From: Dehalococcoidia bacterium
GTDB lineage: Bacteria > Chloroflexota > Dehalococcoidia > Plut-88900
Length of the DNA: 64,000 nucleotides
Assembly: GCA_965197645.1 (NCBI GenBank)
Contig: OZ240219.1
Coordinates: forward strand, 768,001 to 832,000
Reading direction: 5' to 3'
In this document: piece by piece, positions 7,461 to 17,332 of the stretch
Position numbering within the stretch: the first letter of the stretch is position 1
How the letters are laid out: every line of letters starts with the position of its first letter
The notes under the pieces: model-generated
Seen by the model: only the letters and a program-made list of their open reading frames with translations
Database searches by the model: none
What the model was told of the DNA's origin: nothing
Program-made: the position numbers and the translations under genes

Positions 7461-9650
7461 ATGTCCGATCTGTTGGAAGGTCTCAATCCCGCTCAGCGCC
7501 AGGCCGTCGAGGCGGTCGAGGGCCCGCTGCTGATCCTGGCGGGCCCGGGCAGCGGCAAGACCCGGGTCATCACCCACCGGATAGCCTACCTGATCAGGGT
7601 CCACGGCGTATCTCCCCATCGAATCATGGCCGTCACCTTCACCAACAAGGCGGCCCGGGAGATGAAAGAGCGGCTGTACCAGCTTATCGGAAAGACGGTA
7701 GACAACGTCACGATGGGCACCTTCCACGCCATCTGCGCCCGCATCCTTCGCGTCGACGGAGAGGCCGTGGGCCTGAACAAGAACCTCGTGATTTTCGATG
7801 ACAACGATCAGATATCGATGATCAAGCGGGCGATGCAGGAGCTGGGTGTCGACCCGAAGAACTTCTCGCCTCGAAACGTCCTTTCGGCCATATCGGCGGC
7901 CAAGAGCCAGCTCATCAGCGTCGAGCACCATGGGCTCCACACCGAGACCTACTTCGATGAGGTGGTACACCGGATATACGAGCGCTACCAGGGGATGCTG
8001 TACGGCAGCAACGCCGTCGACTTCGACGACCTGCTGCTCAGGACGGTGCTGATGTTGCAGAACAACCCCTCGGTGCTGGAGAAGTACGCCTCTCGATACG
8101 TCCACGTCCTCATAGACGAGTTCCAGGACACCAACATGGTCCAGTACGCCCTGGCCAAGCTGCTGGCGAGCCAGTACCGGAACATCTGCGTTGTGGGGGA
8201 CCCGGACCAGTCGATCTACTCGTGGCGCTATGCCGACATCCGGAACATCCTCAACTTCGAAAAGGACTACCCGAACGCCAAGACGGTCTTCCTGGAACAG
8301 AACTATCGCTCGACGCAGAACATCCTGGAGGGCGCCCATAGCGTTATCTCCGCCAACGTGCAGCGCAAGGAAAAGAGCCTGTGGACGGAAAACGAGACGG
8401 GGCCCCAGATTGCTATGGCTGAAGCCTACACTGAGCGCGAGGAGGGCCAGCTGGTGGCCCGCGAGGTCGAGCGGCTGATCGCTGAGAAAGAGCACCGGCT
8501 GGCCGATTTCGCAGTGATGTATCGCACCAACGCCCAATCCCGGGTTGTGGAGGAGACCTTTCTCAGGTACGACATTCCCTACCGGCTGGTGGGAGGCACC
8601 CGCTTCTACGAGCGTCGAGAGGTCAAGGACATCATCGCCTACCTTCGCCTGGTGTTTAACCCGTTGGACGATATAAGCTTGCTGCGGGTGATCAACGTGC
8701 CCAACCGGGGTATCGGGCAGCGCACCACCGACGAGCTGACCCGCTGGTCCCGGGAGCTGGGCGTTCCCCACTATACGGCCCTTCAGATGATGGCCGATGA
8801 TGAGAAGCCACCCATCCCACACTCCTTCAACTCCCGGACCGTCAAAGTTCTGACCGTTTTTCTCACCGTGCTCAACGATCTCCTGGACCGTACAGGGGAG
8901 CTGGACGTGGTCAAGCTGATCGACGCCATCGCCGACCGGACCGGCTACCGAGACTCCCTGATGAACAGCGACGATAGGGGCGAGGAGCGGTGGGAGAACA
9001 TTCTCGAGCTCCGGGGCGTCGCCGGAGAGTATCGACACATGCCGTACGAGGACGGGCTGGCGAGCCTGCTGGAGGGTGTGGCGCTGGTCGCCGACGTCGA
9101 CGACCTGGACCAGACCATCGATTCGGTGACGCTGATAACCCTGCACCAGGCCAAGGGGCTGGAGTTTCCCGTGGTGTTCATCGTGGGGATGGAGGAGGGC
9201 ATCCTGCCCCACATAAGGTCCTTCGACGATCCGGGCCAGATGGAAGAGGAGCGCCGCCTGTGCTACGTGGGCATGACGAGGGCCAGGCAGCGGCTCTACC
9301 TGATGCGGGCCTTCCGCCGCACCCTCATGGGCGCCAGCACCGTCAACCCGGCCTCCCGGTTCCTGGAGGTGATTCCCGAGCACCTGGTCACCACGATTTC
9401 ACGCCTGTCCCAGGGCATCGAGTCGCCCCAGTCCGACCAGTGGTGGCCCTCTCAACAGGAGGCCGCTGCCCCCGAAGTGGACCTGAAGGCCGGCGACAAG
9501 GTCCACCATGATGTCTTCGGGGACGGCGTTGTCGTGTCTTGCAAAAGCTCTGACGGTGATCACGAGGTCACCGTGGCCTTCAAGGGCAGCGTCGGGATCA
9601 AGAAGCTGCTCCTCAGCTACGCCCCCCTGGAAAAGGTCTCTTCGTCCTAG
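7461..9650 (+). CDS. pcrA: ATP-dependent DNA helicase PcrA/UvrD
   Basis: AGPGSGKT, DEFQDTN, GDPDQSIY, LEQNYRS, HQAKGLEF, EEERRLCYVGMTRA, C-terminal Tudor-like domain; TATAAT at 7446-7451. Confidence 0.95.
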   Translation: MSDLLEGLNPAQRQAVEAVEGPLLILAGPGSGKTRVITHRIAYLIRVHGVSPHRIMAVTFTNKAAREMKERLYQLIGKTVDNVTMGTFHAICARILRVDGEAVGLNKNLVIFDDNDQISMIKRAMQELGVDPKNFSPRNVLSAISAAKSQLISVEHHGLHTETYFDEVVHRIYERYQGMLYGSNAVDFDDLLLRTVLMLQNNPSVLEKYASRYVHVLIDEFQDTNMVQYALAKLLASQYRNICVVGDPDQSIYSWRYADIRNILNFEKDYPNAKTVFLEQNYRSTQNILEGAHSVISANVQRKEKSLWTENETGPQIAMAEAYTEREEGQLVAREVERLIAEKEHRLADFAVMYRTNAQSRVVEETFLRYDIPYRLVGGTRFYERREVKDIIAYLRLVFNPLDDISLLRVINVPNRGIGQRTTDELTRWSRELGVPHYTALQMMADDEKPPIPHSFNSRTVKVLTVFLTVLNDLLDRTGELDVVKLIDAIADRTGYRDSLMNSDDRGEERWENILELRGVAGEYRHMPYEDGLASLLEGVALVADVDDLDQTIDSVTLITLHQAKGLEFPVVFIVGMEEGILPHIRSFDDPGQMEEERRLCYVGMTRARQRLYLMRAFRRTLMGASTVNPASRFLEVIPEHLVTTISRLSQGIESPQSDQWWPSQQEAAAPEVDLKAGDKVHHDVFGDGVVVSCKSSDGDHEVTVAFKGSVGIKKLLLSYAPLEKVSSS

Positions 9651-9660
9651 CTTCTCCCTA

Positions 9661-9755
9661 GATTGCCACGCCCCGACTTTGTCGGGGCTCGCAATGACGA
9701 GGGCACGGGGCGGTGGGGGTTGGTCTTGAGGGAGGTCGAAGGGAGCGAAGCAATC
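9661..9755 (+). repeat. REP-like family 1 unit
   Basis: GATTGCCACGCCCCGACTTTGTCGGGGCTCGCAATGAC ... GCGAAGCAATC. Confidence 0.85.
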
Positions 9756-9798
9756 CGGGGTGGGTGTTGAAGCGAGGAACCGGAATAGCAAGGACTGG

Positions 9799-10074
9799 CT
9801 AAGGTTCTGAGATGAAGCCTTTTCTGCTCAGAAGCTTTATGTAGGCATTGCGATCCAACGTGCACTTGATAGCCTCTCGCAACTGATCAGTGCTTAGGTG
9901 CATCTGTTGCCTGATACTGTGGTGCATCGGCAGATCGCCGGCTTTGTTAGAGCGGCGGGTTCGTACGACAGTCTTACCCCCGACCGTCAGCCACGCTAGC
10001 CGGTCTCCACTATTTCTTGTTTGGAACCCAAACTTGTTGATGAGTTGATCAAACTCGCGAGCCTTTAGTGGCAT
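9799..10074 (-). CDS. HicA-like small basic protein (putative toxin)
   Basis: 91 aa basic protein; L..KFGF..R..SG..IRQQMHLS pattern resembles HicA. Confidence 0.5.
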   Translation of the reverse strand: MPLKAREFDQLINKFGFQTRNSGDRLAWLTVGGKTVVRTRRSNKAGDLPMHHSIRQQMHLSTDQLREAIKCTLDRNAYIKLLSRKGFISEP

Positions 10075-10529
10075 GGGGCTTCAAGAAGATTTTCAGAGAG
10101 TTCAGTCCAAACCTCTGCTAAATCCGGTCCGAGGTTGCCCTGTTCCTTGGCGAGAGTGAAGTAGAGTTCCACGATAGTCGCTTGCAAGTCCGCAAGGGCT
10201 TCTGCAAAGTTCTTACCGAATCCAAACTCGTTTATTGCTGGGGATTCAAGGATGCATTGACCATCTTCTACCGTGCGCGTTACATCAATCGGCTTTCTTA
10301 CGCGCAGGCGTCCGTCCCCCAGAGTACCCAGGCTGAACCGCTCAGGGAAAACTGCGGAACGCGGTTTGAAAGTTCCAGAGTGCTCCTCCGGCAACCGCAA
10401 AGTATCTGGTGCGACGATTGAACGATCTTCAAGCTTGATAAACTCCGGAGTGTTAGCCTCGGGACTATAGTCTTCTGCTTCTGGGTGTTCAGGCTGCTCA
10501 AACTCTTTTATGGTTACTGAAGAGACCAT
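10065..10529 (-). CDS. HicB-like protein (putative antitoxin)
   Basis: C-terminal EFGFGKNFAEALADLQATIVELY matches the HicB partial RNase H-like fold pattern; overlaps the downstream gene. Confidence 0.5.
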   Translation of the reverse strand: MVSSVTIKEFEQPEHPEAEDYSPEANTPEFIKLEDRSIVAPDTLRLPEEHSGTFKPRSAVFPERFSLGTLGDGRLRVRKPIDVTRTVEDGQCILESPAINEFGFGKNFAEALADLQATIVELYFTLAKEQGNLGPDLAEVWTELSENLLEAPCH

Positions 10530-10531
10530 CG

Positions 10532-10957
10532 TTAGCTCCTCTTAACAGCATTCATAGATGTTGCGCCCAAGAACATTGAGTTTGCCCAAATTTGAAACTC
10601 ATACCTGCCAGGTTCAGGTATCGGGAGCGGTGGAAACGGTATGTATAGATCCTGCGAAGAGAGGCGGTTCTCTATCGTCAAGTCGCTTTCAGCACCAGCG
10701 AGTATCTCATCAGTACCAGTTCGAACGTATCGGACATCAAATTGATAGTACCCCTCTGCATCCGCTATTTTGAAGTAAAGGCAGATAGGGCGTTCTGTTG
10801 GGAATTCCCCAACATTCACACGGTCAAAGATGCCAATGAGATTCTTCTTGCCTGTTGTTGGGTCTGCGACTGCGACGTCGCATAGCAATGCGGCAACTAA
10901 GAGAGGAGCCACCTCGCTACGGGGCTGCTGTTCCGTTGGCTGGTCCATGCAACCCAC
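10532..10957 (-). CDS. DUF6941-like beta-sandwich protein
   Basis: LLCD..D..GKKNLIGIFD..P..PGRYEF pattern. Confidence 0.6.
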   Translation of the reverse strand: MGCMDQPTEQQPRSEVAPLLVAALLCDVAVADPTTGKKNLIGIFDRVNVGEFPTERPICLYFKIADAEGYYQFDVRYVRTGTDEILAGAESDLTIENRLSSQDLYIPFPPLPIPEPGRYEFQIWANSMFLGATSMNAVKRS

Positions 10958-11120
10958 TCCTATTTTAGCGCGCTGTGTTTCATGTTAACAACTGGATCCG
11001 TTCTGTCAACCCCGATTGGGGGGGGCTACGCTGTCCGCTGGGGTGTGTCCATTCAGCTGGGGGTGCAGAGTTGCCGGATGCAACATACGCCCCTCCGGGG
11101 TCAACGGCCAGACCTAGCTG

Positions 11121-11158
11121 GATTGCTACGCCCCGACAGGGTCGAGGATCGCAATGAC
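11121..11158 (+). repeat. REP-like family 1 single hairpin
   Basis: GATTGCTACGCCCCGACAGGGTCGAGGATCGCAATGAC. Confidence 0.8.
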
Positions 11159-11179
11159 GGAAGGTGGGGCAGGCTAGGC

Positions 11180-11635
11180 CTAGTTGGGGACGGGCGCCGT
11201 CGACTTGACGGTGTCTCCCACCGATATGCCGCCCCCTTCGAGCACCTTGGTCAGCATGCCTCGCCGGCCCTCGAGCTGCTCCCTGAGGCCGGGCCTGATG
11301 GCGTCCATCCGCTCGCAGGGGTCGCACGGCTCGGTGATCTCCAGCACGACGTCGGGACCGATGGCCACCCGGGTCCCCGAGGCGAGACCGTATATCGACA
11401 TGCCCTGGACCGTGATGTTCTCTCTCACCGTGCCCACGGGCAAGTCCAACTGGTCCAAAGTCTCCTTGTCCATCATCAAGACTTGCCGTCGGCCACGGTT
11501 GTGGCCCCGCTTTATGGCGTACCTGTCGCCGGAGACACCGAGGTCCTGGACCACCTCGGCGTTGGGGATCGGTTTCATCTCTCCGTAATGCTCTTCGCTG
11601 ACGTGAAGGGCTACTACTGTTCCCTGCTCAGACAT
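11180..11635 (-). CDS. MOSC domain protein
   Basis: G..GD..RQVL, G..RENITV, LEITEPCDPC..M, RRGML..V..GG.I.VGD. Confidence 0.9.
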   Translation of the reverse strand: MSEQGTVVALHVSEEHYGEMKPIPNAEVVQDLGVSGDRYAIKRGHNRGRRQVLMMDKETLDQLDLPVGTVRENITVQGMSIYGLASGTRVAIGPDVVLEITEPCDPCERMDAIRPGLREQLEGRRGMLTKVLEGGGISVGDTVKSTAPVPN

Positions 11636-11780
11636 CTTCTTCCTGGTCCTTTCCAGCGCCGAACGCTTGAGGTCTCCGGGTAGTTTATCACAGCCCGGCT
11701 ACCAGACAGCTCGCTCGGTCTTCTATCTCGTCCCGGACCCGCCTCACCACCTAAGGCAGTGAAATCAGCCGGCGTCCTGA

Positions 11781-12509
11781 TCAAGTGGACGGCTCGTCCT
11801 GTCCTTCTTCTTCGGGACGAATGTAATCCCGGCCCCGGAGCCAGGCGTAGAGCAGCGACGCTATGACGGCCCCGATGATTGGCGCTGCCCAGTAGACCCA
11901 ATGGTCGGTCCACACGGAGCCCACCAGCGCTGGGCCGAAGGACCGGGCCGGGTTCATTGACGCCCCCGATATCCGTCCGGCGAAGACCGAGTCCAGGCCC
12001 ACCGTGCCCCCGATGGCCAGCGCCGCCATGGGCCCCACGGCCCGTACGTCGGTGGCCACCGCCATGATGACGAACATGAGAATGAAGGTGAGGACTATCT
12101 CCAGCCCGAAGGATTGGACTGTAGCGCCGGAAGGTAGGGTTGCTCCCATGTCCGCTACGTTGCCGAAGAGGGCTCGCAAGCTGAGGCTGGCGATGGATGC
12201 TCCTCCCAGCTGGGCGACCCAGTAGACGGGCAGATCCTTCCAGGGAAAATGGCGGGTCAGGCAGAACCCCAGGGTCACCGCCGGATTTATGTGCGCTCCG
12301 GAGATATGGCCCGTTGCGTACACCATCGCCGCTACGATCAACCCGAATGTGAGGCCGATGCCCACGTGGGTCACCTGGCCGCCGGAGAGATCGTCGATGA
12401 TGATGGCGCCGGTCCCCGCAAACACCAGGCTGAAGGTGCCGATGAACTCGGCGGCGGACCTTCTGACGACCGCGCCCTCCGGGGCATCGACTCTGGTTAA
12501 ACGGCGCAT
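11781..12509 (-). CDS. MIP family channel (aquaporin, NIP/AqpN-like)
   Basis: ISGAHINPAVT and GASMNPARS NPA boxes; AEFIGTF. Confidence 0.93.
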   Translation of the reverse strand: MRRLTRVDAPEGAVVRRSAAEFIGTFSLVFAGTGAIIIDDLSGGQVTHVGIGLTFGLIVAAMVYATGHISGAHINPAVTLGFCLTRHFPWKDLPVYWVAQLGGASIASLSLRALFGNVADMGATLPSGATVQSFGLEIVLTFILMFVIMAVATDVRAVGPMAALAIGGTVGLDSVFAGRISGASMNPARSFGPALVGSVWTDHWVYWAAPIIGAVIASLLYAWLRGRDYIRPEEEGQDEPST

Positions 12510-12533
12510 AGACCGATGGGGAGTGCCCTTCAG

Positions 12534-13526
12534 CTAGATCTGGTCAGCGGCAATGCTCAGAACGGCGCCGAGAATGCCGGTTATCGGAAACGTTAGTACC
12601 CAGGCTATAACTATGTGCCACGCCACTCCCCAGCGAACGGCCGACAGCCTTCGCGTGGCCCCAACCCCAAGGATAGCCGACGTTATCGAGTGGGTGGTGC
12701 TCAGCGGAAACCCCAGCCTGGAGGCGCTCTCTATCACTGATGCGGCTGTAGTTTCCGCCGCAAAGCCGTTAATAGTCTTGAGTTTGGATATCCGGCTGCC
12801 AACGGTCGTTATTACCCGTCTCCCACCCGCGGCCGTTCCCACCGCTATCATAACGCCCGAGATCACGATCACCCACAGGGGCACCTCGAACGTATCGATG
12901 CGTCCCCCGGCGAAGAGGGCCAGGGTGATTATACCCATCGTCTTCTGGGCATCGTTGGTGCCGTGGCTGAAGGACATGAACGCCGCCGAAACTATCTGCA
13001 ATCGACCAAAGATTCCGTCGACTGTTCTTGGCGTAGCGCCTTTGACCATCCACAGCAGGGCGGCCATCATCAGGTATCCGCCAAATATCCCGACGATGGG
13101 CGAGAACACCAGTCCGAGCACCACCTTGCGGATACCGCTTCCAACCAGTATATCGAAGCCGCCTATGCCCATCCCCGCCCCTATAATGCCGCCCACGAGA
13201 CTATGGCTGCCGCTTACAGGCAACCCCATCCTCGAGGCAAACAACACCCATATAGCCGCCGCGGCGGCCGCGGCCCCTACGGATTCAACGGTGATGACCT
13301 CAGGGTTCACCAAGCCCGTACCCACCGTCTTCGCAACGGCGGTGCCCGTCAGAGCCCCCACAAAGTTAAGAACTGCTGCCATCGCGATGGCAACAGTAGG
13401 GGTGAGCGCTCGGGTGGCGATAACGGTGGCGATGGCGTTGGCCGCATCGTTAAAGCCATTGAAGAAGTCGAAGGCCAGGGCGAGGGCAATTACCAGGATT
13501 ATCAGGCCCAGCGATGCCTCAGGCAT
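12534..13526 (-). CDS. pit: Inorganic phosphate transporter (PiT family)
   Basis: NGFNDAANAIAT, HGTNDAQKTMG and PLSTTH signatures. Confidence 0.93.
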   Translation of the reverse strand: MPEASLGLIILVIALALAFDFFNGFNDAANAIATVIATRALTPTVAIAMAAVLNFVGALTGTAVAKTVGTGLVNPEVITVESVGAAAAAAAIWVLFASRMGLPVSGSHSLVGGIIGAGMGIGGFDILVGSGIRKVVLGLVFSPIVGIFGGYLMMAALLWMVKGATPRTVDGIFGRLQIVSAAFMSFSHGTNDAQKTMGIITLALFAGGRIDTFEVPLWVIVISGVMIAVGTAAGGRRVITTVGSRISKLKTINGFAAETTAASVIESASRLGFPLSTTHSITSAILGVGATRRLSAVRWGVAWHIVIAWVLTFPITGILGAVLSIAADQI

Positions 13527-14154
13527 ATTCCAAAACGATACCTTCGATCACAATAGCCGCTCCCTGGCAACTGTCGGCGGCCTCCTCCAGTTCGTGATAC
13601 ACCTCTCTCCACTTCATCATCTCACCGGTGGGACGGCTATCGTTGAACAGCTCCATAAGGCCTGCCCGCCCGACCCTATCGGCCTCCTCCTCCAGGGTAC
13701 TTACCTTTACGCACAGGTCGAGTATCTGTGCCTTTTTTCGCCGCATTTGAGATAAGCTGGCCACCGCTTTCTCCAACTCTACTCCTGCCCTGTACAGAAT
13801 CTCGGCCATCTCTTTGGCCTGCTCGGTAGGGCTTTCGACTTTGAACTCAAAAAGGTCCCGGGCCGCCTCTTCTATATGATCGACAACGTCGTCCATCTGC
13901 TCGGCCAGCTTGGCTATGTCACCCCGATCCAGGGGCGTTACGAAGGTCTTGTGCAAACGCTTCATGATGTCGTGGATGATCTCATCACCCTGGTGCTCCA
14001 GGTCGCTGATATTCTGAGCATGCCCTTCCAGAGAATCGTAGTCTTTCACCAACTCCGTAAGAGCGAAGGCTGTATTCTTTAGATTAGTGGCCTCGTTCTC
14101 CAGCAGCTCATAAAACTTCTTGTCGCCCCCGGGAACAAGCGGTAGTCTAGGCAT
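13519..14154 (-). CDS. DUF47 / PhoU-like phosphate transport regulator
   Basis: LEHQGD..TFVTPLDR.DI..L...DD..D, E..AD; overlaps the pit start. Confidence 0.9.
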   Translation of the reverse strand: MPRLPLVPGGDKKFYELLENEATNLKNTAFALTELVKDYDSLEGHAQNISDLEHQGDEIIHDIMKRLHKTFVTPLDRGDIAKLAEQMDDVVDHIEEAARDLFEFKVESPTEQAKEMAEILYRAGVELEKAVASLSQMRRKKAQILDLCVKVSTLEEEADRVGRAGLMELFNDSRPTGEMMKWREVYHELEEAADSCQGAAIVIEGIVLEYA

Positions 14155-14201
14155 GGGCCTCCCTCATCAGTCTTCGTATGGTCATGTTCTCCGGCGCCGA
14201 T

Positions 14202-14942
14202 TCAGCCCCGCTCCTCACCGGATGAATGGACCACCCTGACCCTGCGGCTGTAGTATTTCCACAGAAGATCGTCCAATCCCTCTCTGAGCAGGGACGCCTC
14301 ACTGCGGGAGAGATCATCGGCGAGCTCGGACAGCTGGTCCAGCTGTGTTTGAGCAAAGTAGCTGGTCTTGAGCGACATGCGGGTCTCTTTGGAGCGCTGC
14401 CACAGGTTGGTCCTGCCCCGCCCCATCTCCTTGGCGCGCAGCACCGCTCCCTGCGCCTTGCGAAGGAGATCCCTGTCATCGTGGGCCTGGGCGGGATAGG
14501 AGGCGACCCCACTGCTCAGGGAGACCGCTACCTGAAGCTCCTCGCCTCTGACGAGAAGGTCCAAGGGGTTATCATCGAAGGAGGCCCGGGCCTTTTCGGT
14601 AGCCAGCAGAGCGTCCTCGGGCTCCTTTTGGGGAAAGACCAGGAGAAAGGTGTCCCGACTGTAACGGGCGATAGCCTCGGCGCCGGTGCCGCTGGTGGTA
14701 AGGACGACGGATATACGGTTCAGCAGGGCGTCGCCGGCGGCCAGCCCGTAATCGGCGTCGAAGGACTCGAACAGGTCCACGTCCAGCAACGCCACCGAGA
14801 TCGCTCCTCCGCCCTCCTGCGCCGCTTTGACTTCGCTCTGCACGATGGAGTTGGCGGCTGCTCGGGTGTAGAGCCCAGTCAGCTCATCCCGCTCCAACTC
14901 CTCTACTACTATGGCGGATATCTTAGGCTCTTTTTCTATCAT
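14202..14942 (-). CDS. Degenerate GGDEF domain fused to a C-terminal ribbon-helix-helix domain
   Basis: DELTGL, LDVDLF, YG..AGD, ARYSRDTF in place of RYGGDEF, SGVA; C-terminal KTSYF..QLDQLSELA..SEASLLREGLDDLL. Confidence 0.75.
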   Translation of the reverse strand: MIEKEPKISAIVVEELERDELTGLYTRAAANSIVQSEVKAAQEGGGAISVALLDVDLFESFDADYGLAAGDALLNRISVVLTTSGTGAEAIARYSRDTFLLVFPQKEPEDALLATEKARASFDDNPLDLLVRGEELQVAVSLSSGVASYPAQAHDDRDLLRKAQGAVLRAKEMGRGRTNLWQRSKETRMSLKTSYFAQTQLDQLSELADDLSRSEASLLREGLDDLLWKYYSRRVRVVHSSGEERG

Positions 14943-15125
14943 TACACAGATATAAATATGTGTACATACGTAAAGCTATATCCAGCATTGTGAATATTTT
15001 CATCTAGTCCCGTGCCCCTGTCAAGGGGTTTTGTGAGCAATTTCTCAAGGAGTTTATTGTTATCAGTGGAGATAAGGACACACCCGGCGGAATCTCTGGG
15101 CGAGCAAGAGGCTGGAGGATCAACG

Positions 15126-15158
15126 AAAAAGGGCGTCCCGGCTAGCCGGGACGCCCTC
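15126..15158 (-). terminator. Rho-independent terminator after the malic enzyme gene
   Basis: Minus strand GGGCGTCCCGG-CTAG-CCGGGACGCCC followed by TTTTT. Confidence 0.85.
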
Positions 15159-15203
15159 TGATAGTCTCTAAAGATCTGGGCACTATGGGTGAAGACCTGG
15201 GTA

Positions 15204-16358
15204 CTACGGGTTCTCCTCCTGCCAAGCCCTGCCAACCGCGTCGGCCACTGCCGGGACCACTTCCGTGTTCAGGGGGTAGGGGATTATGTTGTCGGCGGTG
15301 GGCTCGGGGATGACGTCGGCGATGGCCGTTGCCGCGGCTATCTTCATATTCTCGGTGACCATCGTGGCCCGAGCGTCGAGAGCGCCTCGAAAGATGCCGG
15401 GAAAGCCCAGGACGTTGTTTACCTGGTTGGGCAGGTCGCTACGACCGGTGCCGACGACCCGGGCCCCAGCCCGGAGGGCTTCATCGGGCATGATCTCAGG
15501 GTCGGGGTTGGCCATGGCCAGCACCACAGCGTCGCTTCTCATAGTGCGAACGTCGTCCTCGTTCAGCAGGCCCTTGACCGAGAGACCGATGAATACGTCG
15601 GCGCCCTTGATGGCATCGTGGACGCTGCCCTTGATCATCTCCCGGTTGGTGGTCTTGGCGATCTCCTGTTTGGCCTCGTTGAGGCCCTCCCGGCCTTCCC
15701 AGATGATCCCCTTGGTGTCGACGAGGATCATGTCGGTTACGCCGCTGCCTTGAAGTATCTTGGCGCAGGCGATACCGCTGGCGCCGGCGCCGCTGAACAC
15801 CACCTTGATGTCTTTGAAATCCTTGTCGACGACGCGCAGGGCGTTGGTCACCGCAGCCAGGGTGACAACCGCGGTGCCGTGCTGATCATCGTGGAACACC
15901 GGTATGCCGATGTCCATCAGCTGCTCTTCGATATAGAAGCACCTGGGCGCCGAGATGTCCTCCAGGTTTATGCCGCCGAAGGTGGGCACCAGGTTGCGGA
16001 CTATCATGATGATCTCGTCCGAGTCCTGGGTGGTTACGCAGATGGGCCAGGCATCGACACCGGCCAGCTCTCGGAACAGTATTGCTTTGCCCTCCATGAC
16101 CGGCATCGCCGCATCGCCGCCTATGTTGCCCAGGCCCAGCACCGCCGAACCATCGCTGACCACGGCGACCATGTTCCCCTTGTTGGTCATCTTGTAGGCG
16201 TTCTCCTTGTCCCGGGCTATCTCCAGGCTCGGCCCGGCCACCCCCGGCGAGTAGGCCAGCGAAAGGTCGAGCTGGGTCTCCAGCTTTATCTTGGATTTGA
16301 CGGCGACTTTGCCCCTGCTTTCCAGGTGCATGTCCACCGACATCTGTCCGTAGTCCAT
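15204..16358 (-). CDS. NAD(P)-dependent malic enzyme
   Basis: LAYSPGVA, GLGNIG, MEGKA, INLEDI, FHDDQHGTA, GAGASG, NQVNN. Confidence 0.93.
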   Translation of the reverse strand: MDYGQMSVDMHLESRGKVAVKSKIKLETQLDLSLAYSPGVAGPSLEIARDKENAYKMTNKGNMVAVVSDGSAVLGLGNIGGDAAMPVMEGKAILFRELAGVDAWPICVTTQDSDEIIMIVRNLVPTFGGINLEDISAPRCFYIEEQLMDIGIPVFHDDQHGTAVVTLAAVTNALRVVDKDFKDIKVVFSGAGASGIACAKILQGSGVTDMILVDTKGIIWEGREGLNEAKQEIAKTTNREMIKGSVHDAIKGADVFIGLSVKGLLNEDDVRTMRSDAVVLAMANPDPEIMPDEALRAGARVVGTGRSDLPNQVNNVLGFPGIFRGALDARATMVTENMKIAAATAIADVIPEPTADNIIPYPLNTEVVPAVADAVGRAWQEENP

Positions 16359-16439
16359 CTATGGCCTCCGCTATTCCGTCACTCTCGAGGGCCCTTTTCG
16401 GAAGGGCGATGAAGAATCTCTTTCTGTGAAGTCCAACTT

Positions 16440-16841
16440 CTATGCCACGGCCGCCGCGGCGGCTATTGCGGCTATGTCCTCGTCCTGCTGGGCTGATGCT
16501 CCGCTCACCCCCACTCCCCCGATCACCTCGTCTCCTCGAAGGACCGGCACGGCGCCCTGTCCCAGCACCAGGTGCCCGCCGTGCATGGCCACCAGCGACC
16601 GGAAAACCGGTATATCGGCCATGTCTGCCAGTTCCGAGGTGGGCACGCCGAAGTTGGCCGATGCGAATGCCTTGCCCCGGGCCACGTCCGAGGTATACCA
16701 GCCGACGCCGTCCATGCGAATGGCCGCCTTCAGATCGCCCCGAGAGTCCAATACAGAGATGCTTACCTCCACCCCCAGCCGCTCCGCTTCGGCCTTCCCA
16801 GCCTGGATCGCCTTTTCGGCTTCCGCTAGGGTCATCGACAT
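16440..16841 (-). CDS. GlcG/HbpS-family heme-binding protein
   Basis: V.D..G.L...RMDG, KAFAS, GAVP..IGGVGVSG..QQDE; start moved to the ATG after SD AGGAG. Confidence 0.85.
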   Translation of the reverse strand: MSMTLAEAEKAIQAGKAEAERLGVEVSISVLDSRGDLKAAIRMDGVGWYTSDVARGKAFASANFGVPTSELADMADIPVFRSLVAMHGGHLVLGQGAVPVLRGDEVIGGVGVSGASAQQDEDIAAIAAAAAVA

Positions 16842-17074
16842 TATGAGCTCCTTCCCAGGACTGTCTCTCTCCTCCGATTTCCCGGCCAACCCGCCGATGC
16901 GAACTCGGTGCGCTCCCGTTGGCGGATGGCCGCAGATACTGTAGCCGACTTGAGGTGTCATGGCAAGGCTCGTTTTGTTGACATGCGCCTCGCACTATGA
17001 CTAAAATACTTTACGATTTATCCCTGCCGACCCGGCAGGCTCAATCAAGGAGGGGCTGCCGCCCAGGCAGACAG

Positions 17075-17332
17075 ATGCTCAGGATAAGACTGCGTAGAAT
17101 AGGTGCCAAGAAGAAACCCCAGTACCGCGTGGTGGTTGCGGACAAGCGGTCCCCACGTGACGGGGCCTTCGTGGAGACCATAGGCCACTACAATCCGCTT
17201 CCGGATCCTCCTAACCTGGTAATCAACGAAGAGAAGGCTCTCAAATGGCTGCGGCAGGGCGCGCAGCCCAGTGATACCGCCGCAAAGCTACTGAACCGGT
17301 TGGGAATCTTAGAGAAGGTCAAGGAGCGGTGA
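17075..17332 (+). CDS. rpsP: 30S ribosomal protein S16
   Basis: [37 protein letters not shown]. Confidence 0.97.
   Translation: MLRIRLRRIGAKKKPQYRVVVADKRSPRDGAFVETIGHYNPLPDPPNLVINEEKALKWLRQGAQPSDTAAKLLNRLGILEKVKER

Noticed and set aside
7146-9383. 745-aa antisense ORF and other long shadow ORFs (15189-16412, 12553-13755, 25833-26891, 62385-63314)
   Set aside because: They lie antisense to well-conserved genes, which is expected from high-GC codon bias.
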